From Candidatus Electronema halotolerans (GTDB taxonomy: Bacteria > Desulfobacterota > Desulfobulbia > Desulfobulbales > Desulfobulbaceae): DNA of 32,000 nucleotides. Within the stretch, counting starts at the first letter, position 1; every line of letters begins with the position of its first letter. The DNA lies in assembly GCA_942493095.1 (NCBI GenBank), contig OW818675.1, forward strand, positions 750,001 to 782,000. Direction: 5' to 3'. Positions 17,097 through 25,173 of the stretch are shown one piece after another. Made by a program: the position numbers and the translations under genes. The notes under the pieces are model-generated. The model searched no databases and was not told where the DNA came from. It saw nothing but the letters and a program-made list of their open reading frames with translations.

Positions 17097-19798
17097 TCTT
17101 CCCCCCAAGAGGTAATATCGTCACTCAGCCAGCGGGCAAAAAAGTTCAATGCTTCAGGATGGTTGTCGTCAAGCTCCCGAACTGTCCAGAAACGTTTTAA
17201 ATTTTCCGACAGATCATATATCGTTTTTCTGTTAGTTATCCTTGGCAGCACCTTTTTCTGGATGTCACGTAATTGCCCGGTAATCGTGTATGGCTCATAT
17301 CTTCCTTTTTCTGGAAGAACTATAAACGCTTTACGATACCATTCTACAGCTTTTTCCGGCTTATTGGCAAGCAGTGACAAGTCTCCCAGACAGCGTTGCA
17401 GCAAGGAAATTTGGAGATGTTGGTATTTTTTGTCATCATCTGCAAGTATAATGTTCAAATCATTGACGAACTTGTCATATTCAGCAATATTATTTTCTAC
17501 AACAGCTATTCTGGCCAGTTCTGCCAAACTGAATAACTCGTATTGAATGTTATGTGCCTGTTGACTTAGATCGTAGCTTTCTTTTAACGCATCCTTGGCA
17601 AGATCAATTTGTTTTTTCTTCAAATAAACTTTTCCAAGAATATGAAAATATTCTGGTTCATCTCGTTCAATATCAAGTTCCTTCGCGTTACCTAAGCATT
17701 CTTCAGATTTTTCTAAATATTCTTTTCCCTTTAGCCAAAATACAGTTGCCTGCCCTAAATAAACCATACTGAGATAATCAATATCATTTTCATCTGAAAA
17801 AATTTTCAAAGCCTTATCAAAATGATTCAGTGCTTGATCAAGTTCATCAAACTCAATATGGATAACTCCACGTGTGCTGTTTGCAATCCCGATTCCGCGT
17901 TTGGAATCAATTTCTTTCCAGAATTCTTCTGCTTGACGACAAAGCCGCCTTGCACTGTCCCGATCACGTTTCAACGCATAGAGATAGCTCATATTGTTGA
18001 GGAGTTTGGCAGTTTGATATTTATCTACATGATCAGTGCCAAGTTCCAATCTCAAACGATTAGCTCTTCTATAGCAAATTCCAGCCTCATCGAACTTGCC
18101 CATGAGACGGTAATTGTATCCCTTGCCGATTAAAATCGAAAATTGAGAATTATCCAGTTTATTTTCTACAGAAATTTCTAATGCTGTTTTAAAATTCTCG
18201 TTTCCTTTATTGCAGCAGCCTAACCGTATTTCAATATTAGCCAGTTGCACCAGCATTTCTATTTTCTGCCCAGGAGTAATTGGATGATTTAAAGTTTTAC
18301 AAATTAACTCCTTGGCTTCCTTATATTCTTTATTGTCAAAATGATGAATAATAAAACGACTATTTATCATATAATTTTCTTCAAGCCCAATTTCTTTGCA
18401 AAAAAATATTATTTTTCTTGTAATTTCATCTCGATATCCCCATAGATAAATTTTACCAAGCATGTCAAATAATTCAGCAAAGTCCTTTGTTCCTTTTTTT
18501 ATATCAATCCGCAACAGGTAGTTGATCTGAAATCTTTTTAAGATCAGAAGGTTGTGTGTCAACGAACTCTTTTGCAAAGACAAATTGGCTATCTCTTGTT
18601 CTGTTGCTGCTGCAAGTTTATTAAGTTTAGCTATCTCTAATTCAATATTTTTGCATTGATGTTCCCGGAACTCTGCTGCTGTCATGCAATATTCATTACG
18701 ATATTCCCGATCAGGATCTGCTTCTGGCCAGACATATTCATTGACCATCCGTTGCATCTCGTCATGCAATTTCACTTGTCCGTCCGGCAGAGACTTGACA
18801 AAGACATATTCCTTTGATCTTTCAAGCAAACTTTTAGCATCATCTTGGTTGATTTTGAACAAGGCCGCTGTCATCGGCACGTCTATCGGATAGATAACAG
18901 CCATCGCCAATATCAGCCGTTCAACTTTATCCCGCATCTGGGCAAGACGGCAGACAAGCCGCTTTTCAAACTCTTTGCGCCGCTGTTGAGAAATATTTTT
19001 CAGCGATGCAATCGGCTCATCAGTCAGCCAAGACAAAGAAATGCCCCGTGAACACCATTCCACAGCCAGATCAATAATGATAGGCCTCCCGTCCGCTATG
19101 CAGAGAATTTTCTCGGTTAAGTCTGGTGAAAATGAAATGTGCAATAATTTTTGTTTTTGTTTTAGATAATAATTACTTGCTTTTTCCTCTAATGGCTGAA
19201 GGTCAATGCACTCGACAGGAAGTTTTTTTTGTAGAATTTCTTCTCCGATTTTGCGGGCATCACGACCGGCAATAAGGAGCAAATAATTCTTAACCTCTTC
19301 TAAACCAATATTTGCAAATTCCTTCCACCATTGTTCGTTTTCTGACAAAGCATCAGTCGTATCTAAAAACCAAATCACACGCTTTTTTGACGAAGCAATA
19401 TTAAAACCTTCAGTAAAACTGCGCTTTACTTCCTGTTCTTTTTTAATAATTCCTGATTGGCTAATTCCTACTTCACGCATTCTTCTTAGATCATTCAGGC
19501 AGGTCAGATAGCTGCCAAAACAAGTATCATCAAACTGCCTCACTGTGTACTCGATAACAGAATCTACAACATGGAAATCAGGATTGTCAAAATCGGCAAT
19601 TTCAAGCACCTGTATCGATTTACCGCTTTCTGCAAGATGCCGCTGCCGTACTTCCTGAAGAAGGCGTGTTTTGCCGATTCCACCAGGGGCATTGATGCAC
19701 ATAATATGTGGCTGATTCCATTCGTCGATCAATCTCCTAATTTGAGACAGTTCATTCTCCCTATTTATAAATGGAACTTGTTTAGGCATCTTTTTCAT
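17093..19798 (-). CDS. STAND-type P-loop NTPase with a long C-terminal TPR array and no effector domain
   Basis: 901 aa. FINRENELSQI, Walker A APGGIGKT (37-44), Walker B VIWFLDTTD (141-149), a GxP-like motif ADGRPIIIDLA, winged-helix KLHDEMQRMV, then ~400 aa of TPR-like helical repeats. No signal peptide or TM helix. Confidence 0.8.
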   Translation of the reverse strand: MKKMPKQVPFINRENELSQIRRLIDEWNQPHIMCINAPGGIGKTRLLQEVRQRHLAESGKSIQVLEIADFDNPDFHVVDSVIEYTVRQFDDTCFGSYLTCLNDLRRMREVGISQSGIIKKEQEVKRSFTEGFNIASSKKRVIWFLDTTDALSENEQWWKEFANIGLEEVKNYLLLIAGRDARKIGEEILQKKLPVECIDLQPLEEKASNYYLKQKQKLLHISFSPDLTEKILCIADGRPIIIDLAVEWCSRGISLSWLTDEPIASLKNISQQRRKEFEKRLVCRLAQMRDKVERLILAMAVIYPIDVPMTAALFKINQDDAKSLLERSKEYVFVKSLPDGQVKLHDEMQRMVNEYVWPEADPDREYRNEYCMTAAEFREHQCKNIELEIAKLNKLAAATEQEIANLSLQKSSLTHNLLILKRFQINYLLRIDIKKGTKDFAELFDMLGKIYLWGYRDEITRKIIFFCKEIGLEENYMINSRFIIHHFDNKEYKEAKELICKTLNHPITPGQKIEMLVQLANIEIRLGCCNKGNENFKTALEISVENKLDNSQFSILIGKGYNYRLMGKFDEAGICYRRANRLRLELGTDHVDKYQTAKLLNNMSYLYALKRDRDSARRLCRQAEEFWKEIDSKRGIGIANSTRGVIHIEFDELDQALNHFDKALKIFSDENDIDYLSMVYLGQATVFWLKGKEYLEKSEECLGNAKELDIERDEPEYFHILGKVYLKKKQIDLAKDALKESYDLSQQAHNIQYELFSLAELARIAVVENNIAEYDKFVNDLNIILADDDKKYQHLQISLLQRCLGDLSLLANKPEKAVEWYRKAFIVLPEKGRYEPYTITGQLRDIQKKVLPRITNRKTIYDLSENLKRFWTVRELDDNHPEALNFFARWLSDDITSWGEE

Positions 19799-22002
19799 CC
19801 TCTTGGTTCTTTATAGAATTTTTCAATTTGTTTGCACAGTTGTTCATAAGGTTCCTCATTGAACTGCTCTCCGCGCAGGCAAAAATTGACCATGAAACGA
19901 AATTCCCATTCTCTTTTTTCATCTTCCAATCTGCTCTTTAAATTGATGATATTGTCTACCCCATCAGGATATTTAATAAGCAGCTCTAAATAATTACGTA
20001 AAATTCCATCATCGGCAAAAAAATGGCAGTACAATTTCTCTCGATTGGCAGGATTATCAGAGCATCCTAATTGCAATTCTTGATACATCCCTTCAATGGC
20101 GATAATCTCCGGTCGTGAGATAGAATTCTGTAAATCTGCTTGATATATGTCTCTGGCGCACCAGCATAGATCAAGAAAACATTCGTTTTCTTCCAAACGC
20201 AGACGAATAGCCAACAAGCGGCGTACGATTTCATCTTGAATAAAACCATTTTTTCTTTTAACTAGATAGGTTGATGTTAAGGCATCTTCTAACTCGTTCA
20301 CATCATCTTGCCATTCAATCAAATTAAATTTAATAATTTCTTTTAAAATACGATGATTATATCGACGAAAAACACTTAATACATCAAATATATTTTTAAG
20401 TTTATCAGGGATTGATTTTCTAATTTCACGTGCACTTTCTAAAATTTGCTCTTCATGACATTTTTGAAATACTGCAATCGGATCTGACTTAAATATATCT
20501 TGGTTAATAATCTGCGCCATCAGCCTTGGATGGCCTCCAGTAATGTGCATAATTTGTGCAGCAAAAAGATCAAGTGCTGTCTCATTTTTTTCCGAAAAAT
20601 ACGGTTGAACCGTAGCTCGCACATGTCGAAATTGAAATGGGCTTAATGGACGAACAAGAAGAGGAATTTCTCTTGCCTTGCCATCCCATATTCCACCTAT
20701 ATATCGTCCGGCCATCCGCACCCGAAAATTAGGAAGCACACGTTGCATAGTTGGTAAAGACTTATTTAAAAATGAATCTATTTCTTCGATAGGAAATTTT
20801 TCTATGTTATCAATAATAAAAATAATTCTGTGATTTAATTTAAAACGGTCGCTGAAATCTTCAGAAACAACATTCTCAATAAACTTAACTAACTCTTTTT
20901 GATCATCAATACATTCTGCAAGCGAATAAATTAAATCCATAACTGATAATTTTTTTATATGAATACAACACCATCCAGCTTTAGCATGCTCATGCTCGAT
21001 TGCTCTCAAAAGTTCTGTTTTTCCATATCCAGCAGGTGCATCAAAAAGGATATACTGAGCTGCATTATTTCCACATGCTTCAGAACGTTCATCCTTTCTA
21101 TTTACAAAATTAAATAGATACTTATCAGGCAGAATAATTTTCTTGTATATACTAATATAATAATTATCCTTAATCCAGTTAACCAAATTATAAATTTCAT
21201 CTCCACTCCGTGCCCATTTTAAAAAATTCATGCTCATATCTTCCAGTGATGTACATTTCGGTAATTCAAAGAATGGCAACGAGTTATAAAAATCTGTAAA
21301 TGGTTCATTAAATAATATTCCTTCTATATGTTCAAGCTGTCTGATTATATATTCCTTATGCAAAAAAAATTGAACATATAAATACAGTTCTCCTATCTTT
21401 TCAATTGGCACAGCGAAAGGAATTGTCTCTTCTCTTGTTTCGTTAACATATCTCTCTGAAATAATACCAACAACTCTTCCTGATGCTTCATGATACACAG
21501 GAGAGCCGCTCATCCCTCCTCGAAGTGTCTGCTTTCCAATGGCCTCCGACTCAAGTTGCAGCAGCTCAACACCGCTGCTGACGAGAGTGACATATTCCCC
21601 AATCGTGCCCGCAGCAGGCAATCCCTCAAATATACGCGATTCTCTGAATCCAAACGTTTTGAATTCACAAGATTGCTGCTTGTCATAACGCCATTCTCCC
21701 AGAGGTAATACAAGTGCCTCCGATGGCTTACCATCCTTGAGACGAAGCACAGCCATATCCACTTTGTCTGCCATCTTCACTTCGTCTGGAGATGATGAAG
21801 ACGGCCATATACATTCGGCAGGATATTCCTGCTTATTGAAAACCACAGTTAATGATTTTATCGGCCTACCTCTTTCTTGATCTTTAACTAAATGAAAACA
21901 AGTCAGCAGTGTTCCGTCATTGTCAATAAAAAAGGCGGTGCCAGCTTCAAAACCAGTGCCGACACCCTTGACACATGCTACAGCGTTCCGCAGTTCAACC
22001 AT
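19795..22002 (-). CDS. Trypsin-like serine protease fused to a STAND-type P-loop NTPase
   Basis: 735 aa. Catalytic triad His37 (LTCFHLV), Asp82 (VDMAVLRL) and Ser165 (GGMSGSPVY). Walker A APAGYGKT (322-329), Walker B IIFIIDN (Asp398), NB-ARC-like ITGGHPRLM (488-494), and a helical C-terminus without obvious repeats. ATGA overlap with the next gene at 19795-19798. Confidence 0.8.
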   Translation of the reverse strand: MVELRNAVACVKGVGTGFEAGTAFFIDNDGTLLTCFHLVKDQERGRPIKSLTVVFNKQEYPAECIWPSSSSPDEVKMADKVDMAVLRLKDGKPSEALVLPLGEWRYDKQQSCEFKTFGFRESRIFEGLPAAGTIGEYVTLVSSGVELLQLESEAIGKQTLRGGMSGSPVYHEASGRVVGIISERYVNETREETIPFAVPIEKIGELYLYVQFFLHKEYIIRQLEHIEGILFNEPFTDFYNSLPFFELPKCTSLEDMSMNFLKWARSGDEIYNLVNWIKDNYYISIYKKIILPDKYLFNFVNRKDERSEACGNNAAQYILFDAPAGYGKTELLRAIEHEHAKAGWCCIHIKKLSVMDLIYSLAECIDDQKELVKFIENVVSEDFSDRFKLNHRIIFIIDNIEKFPIEEIDSFLNKSLPTMQRVLPNFRVRMAGRYIGGIWDGKAREIPLLVRPLSPFQFRHVRATVQPYFSEKNETALDLFAAQIMHITGGHPRLMAQIINQDIFKSDPIAVFQKCHEEQILESAREIRKSIPDKLKNIFDVLSVFRRYNHRILKEIIKFNLIEWQDDVNELEDALTSTYLVKRKNGFIQDEIVRRLLAIRLRLEENECFLDLCWCARDIYQADLQNSISRPEIIAIEGMYQELQLGCSDNPANREKLYCHFFADDGILRNYLELLIKYPDGVDNIINLKSRLEDEKREWEFRFMVNFCLRGEQFNEEPYEQLCKQIEKFYKEPRG

Positions 22003-22004
22003 TC

Positions 22005-22343
22005 TCAGCTATCCTTCCGCTTCCATGTGAGATTGACTTTCAATGCCGCTTCAACACCAGACTGAACCAACACCACGCCCGCATCAGATTTAACCGCCAA
22101 ACTGAATTCCAATGAGGCTTCATCTGGACTGGCCTTCTTGATCGCATCCTTGAAGCCGTTGGCCAATGTGCCAATCGTAACGGACATCTGATCAAAAACT
22201 TTTTCTGTAACATCGGCTGCTTTCTGGGCTTGTTCCCTTATTCCCATTTTCTGAAACCCGCCGCCCTGAGCAGGTTCAAAAGGCTCCACAGCAATTTTGA
22301 TTTCACCATCTCCAACAGGAACAGTAAGATAACGAATACTCAC
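22005..22343 (-). CDS. Small soluble protein resembling the trypsin-co-occurring domain 2 (Trypco2) family
   Basis: 112 aa. GTG start at 22343 with AAAGGAG 7 nt upstream; stop lies 2 nt before the protease ATG. The layout is an N-terminal strand region with Gly (IKIAVEPFEPAQGGG), a central helix, then PDEASLEFSLAVKSDAGVVLVQSGVEAALKVNLTWKRK. This matches my memory of Trypco2-type sequences; it was not verified by HMM. Confidence 0.5.
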   Translation of the reverse strand: MSIRYLTVPVGDGEIKIAVEPFEPAQGGGFQKMGIREQAQKAADVTEKVFDQMSVTIGTLANGFKDAIKKASPDEASLEFSLAVKSDAGVVLVQSGVEAALKVNLTWKRKDS

Positions 22344-22533
22344 AAGTCACTCCTTTTGCTGAAAATTCAATTAGTTCGGCATCTATCACATCTCTTTTCC
22401 CGCAGCAGTTTTCTCGAACATACCTGAATCAGGACAGCAGCTCAAGCAAAATCAGATGGTTGTCAAAGGAAAAATCATGCAGGTTGCTGTTTCAGTCAAA
22501 CTGCCCCAGCAGCTCTGAACTGATAAGCAGGCA

Positions 22534-23199
22534 TCACTCCATATCCTCCAGCAGGCCGAGTTTGGCTGCATAACGGACCAGATCAGCGGTGCTGTGCAGG
22601 TCTAATTTGCTGAGAATATTGGCCCGGTGGTTGGTCACAGTTTTCGCGCTGATGCAGAGCTGTTCAGCAATTTCCTTCACTGACTCGCCGTGGGCCAGCA
22701 GCCGGAGCACTTCCTGCTCCCGCCCGGTCAGATTGCCGTAGGTGGCATCAGCAATGTCCATCACTTCGGCTGTTTCCAAGAGCCGGGGCGCGATTTCCTG
22801 CGACAGGGCCGCATCAAGATAATGCTCATCACGCAGGGCCGCTTCCAGCGCGTCGCGCAGACAGGCCGAGACCGACTCCTTGATCAGATAGCCCAGAGCG
22901 CCAGCTCGGAGCGCGCCGAGAATGTAGTCAATCTTTGAGTGCATGCTGACAATGACAATCCTCGTTTCCGGGGCTGCGCTCCGCAAGGTGCGGGTGAGCT
23001 GAATGCCGCTTCGGTCTGGCAGAGACAGGTCAATCACGGCCACGTCCGGCTTGATTCTGCGCACCGCCGCCTCGCCCTGGCGCGAGTCCGCCGCCTCATC
23101 AGCAATGACAAAGCCCGGACAGCGGCTGATGATCTGCCGGAGGCTGGCCCGGAAGGTGTCATGATCGTCAATAATCACTATCTGCTTCTGCGTGCTCAT
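22534..23199 (-). CDS. NarL/FixJ-family response regulator (REC + LuxR-type HTH)
   Basis: IVIIDDHDTFR, phospho-acceptor VAVIDLSLPD, and HTH LTGREQEVLRLLAHGESVKEIAEQLCISAKTVTNHRANILSKL. Confidence 0.9.
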   Translation of the reverse strand: MSTQKQIVIIDDHDTFRASLRQIISRCPGFVIADEAADSRQGEAAVRRIKPDVAVIDLSLPDRSGIQLTRTLRSAAPETRIVIVSMHSKIDYILGALRAGALGYLIKESVSACLRDALEAALRDEHYLDAALSQEIAPRLLETAEVMDIADATYGNLTGREQEVLRLLAHGESVKEIAEQLCISAKTVTNHRANILSKLDLHSTADLVRYAAKLGLLEDME

Positions 23200-24745
23200 T
23201 ATCCGCCTCCCTCTGCGGTTCCGCCTGATCCTCCTGCGGGCTGATCAGGCTGGGAAATTCAATAAATATCTTCACGCCTTCGCCCGGAGCTGACTGAAGG
23301 CGGAAAGTGCCGTTCATCACCCGGACCCGCTCCTGCATGCCAAGCAGGCCAAAACGCTTTTTCTCTCTGACCTTGCGGCAAATTTCTTCCACAGCAAAGC
23401 CGCTGCCATTGTCCTCAATGCGGAGAATGACATTGGCCCCGGACGCAATCAGCCGGACATCGGCCTGACTTGCCTGCGCATGTTTGCCAATGTTGTTCAG
23501 GGCCTCCTGCACCAAGCGGTAGATGTTGATAGCGTGCTCGGCAGCAAGCGGCAGCTTGTCCGCGCCAGCCTTGGAGAATCTGACCGGAATGCCGCTTTTG
23601 CGGGCAAAGGCCCGGCAGCAGTCGGCCAGCGCGCTCGCCAAGCCGATCTGCTCCAGACCGGGTGGCCGCAGGTTGTAGGACAGCTCGCGCACGGTCTTGA
23701 TGCAGCGGTCAATCTGCCTGCCCCAGTCGTGCCGGGCTTGAGTCAGGGCCAGCTCATCCTCAACCGGCTCGCTGAAAAAGGAGTCGCCCGCAATTTTGAG
23801 CGAGGACAGTTCCTGGGCCACCTGATCATGCAGATAAAGGGCGATCTGCTGCCGCTCATTTTCCTGCACGGCCAGTAGCTGCTGAGTGAGATGATGGACC
23901 TGCTCCTCAGCCCGGCGCAGCTCGGCATTGGCCTGCACCAGCTCCTCTGTCCGCTCCTGCACCTTGGCATCCAAGTCCTCGTGATAGCAGGTGAGCTGCT
24001 CGGCCATTTTCTCAAACTCTTGAGCAAGAAACTCGAATTCATCGCCGGAATGAATGCCCAAGCGGTGCTGAAGATTGCCTGCCCCGATCTGCCGGGTGCC
24101 CTCCTCAAGGATGCGCACCGGCCCCAGCACTGAGCGCAGCATCAGAACAAAGACCGCCACGGTCAGCAGCACTGCGACCGCACTGGTCAGGGCGACCACG
24201 ATCAGGGTGTGCTGATACTTCTCCGTGACAAAGGCTTCAGTCTTGGTCAGTTCCTGCAAATGGAGATGAAGATGCTCGTCAATCACGGCCTCCATCTTTT
24301 TCAGCTCCTCGCGCACCACCACGGCAATTTGGGCAAACTCCTCCTCTGGCCAGCCTTGGGCGGATTCCTCAAGAATATATTGCGACAAGGTCATGGCAAG
24401 AATGCTGTGATGAAGCATCTCATGCGCGGCCAAGGATGCCGGGTCAGTGTTCTGATGGCTGTGCCGGGCATTGTGCTTGGTGATCAGCTCCTTGAGCTGG
24501 GCCGCCTTGGCCGTGATGCTCCTCCGGTCAATGTGCTTTTCCCGCAGTCCTGCCTCAAGGGAGAGCAGCAGCTTTTTCAGCTCCAGCATGGCCGAGACAT
24601 TGAAGGCCACGTCCTGCTGCATTTTGTGGAACTGGCTGTGAATGCTGGAAAAAGTGCAGATGCAGAACAGGCTGAGTGCGAAGATGACCGCAATCAGCGG
24701 GGAGAAATAGAGAATGAAGCGGTTGCGGAGGCTGAGTTGCAGCAT
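23168..24745 (-). CDS. Membrane sensor histidine kinase (2 TM, HAMP, HisKA_3, HATPase_c; NarX/LiaS-like)
   Basis: HAMP (VRILEEGTRQIGAGNLQHRLGIHSGDEFEFLAQEF), H-box ALYLHDQVAQELSSL, N-box EALNNIGKHA, and G-boxes DNGSGF and GLLGMQERV. Overlaps the regulator gene by 32 nt. Confidence 0.9.
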   Translation of the reverse strand: MLQLSLRNRFILYFSPLIAVIFALSLFCICTFSSIHSQFHKMQQDVAFNVSAMLELKKLLLSLEAGLREKHIDRRSITAKAAQLKELITKHNARHSHQNTDPASLAAHEMLHHSILAMTLSQYILEESAQGWPEEEFAQIAVVVREELKKMEAVIDEHLHLHLQELTKTEAFVTEKYQHTLIVVALTSAVAVLLTVAVFVLMLRSVLGPVRILEEGTRQIGAGNLQHRLGIHSGDEFEFLAQEFEKMAEQLTCYHEDLDAKVQERTEELVQANAELRRAEEQVHHLTQQLLAVQENERQQIALYLHDQVAQELSSLKIAGDSFFSEPVEDELALTQARHDWGRQIDRCIKTVRELSYNLRPPGLEQIGLASALADCCRAFARKSGIPVRFSKAGADKLPLAAEHAINIYRLVQEALNNIGKHAQASQADVRLIASGANVILRIEDNGSGFAVEEICRKVREKKRFGLLGMQERVRVMNGTFRLQSAPGEGVKIFIEFPSLISPQEDQAEPQREADNEHAEADSDY

Positions 24746-24944
24746 CGGAACTTGGGCATGGGTTCAAAAAAACACTGCGCAGTTGTCCGGCTGAACATAC
24801 AGGAAAAGGAGGGATTTGCCCAGTCTCTTTGCAAGGGATGGGCGGAGAAAATGTTTTTTTGGCGTGTTGAAACCAAGAGATTTCCTTGCAGGAGGTATTG
24901 GCGCATGCAGCCCGTTCGTATTTTCATTAAGTCCTTGCTTTCAA

Positions 24945-25112
24945 TAGCCGAGGCCAGGCCGTTCCTTCTGATTCGCCAAAATCAGGTCGTGACGGATGCC
25001 TGCTGCTCGCCGTGATCAACACGCAGATTTCAGCCGCGAGGCGATGGAAAAACGGATGGTCTCCAAAGCGCGCACCGTTCCCCTTTGCCTGTCAAAGGGA
25101 TGCGCACATCGT
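24945..25112 (-). pseudogene. Mosaic remnant of a second copy of the YgiQ radical SAM gene (three internal blocks, same orientation as the intact gene)
   Basis: Three blocks align to the intact gene, each with scattered mismatches or small indels:
- 24945-25001 resembles 29807-29857;
- 25002-25028 resembles 29917-29943;
- 25029-25112 resembles 30178-30267.
The intervening ~59 and ~234 bp of the intact gene are missing. Confidence 0.7.
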
Positions 25113-25173
25113 GTGCTGAATCTGATGTGCCACAGAAGAAAGCACTGTCACAGGCTATTTCTTAGCAGTGTAC

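Noticed and set aside
22344-22533. Promoter or ncRNA in the 190-nt gap upstream of the Trypco2-like gene
   Set aside because: There are TTGACA/TTGACT hexamers (minus strand) but no convincing -10 at 16-18 nt, and no stable conserved-looking structure that I could fold by eye. A promoter probably exists here, but I cannot place it.
24209-25015. 268-aa plus-strand ORF
   Set aside because: It lies antisense to the histidine kinase for most of its length and then crosses intergenic DNA and the ygiQ remnant. It is a GC-driven open frame.
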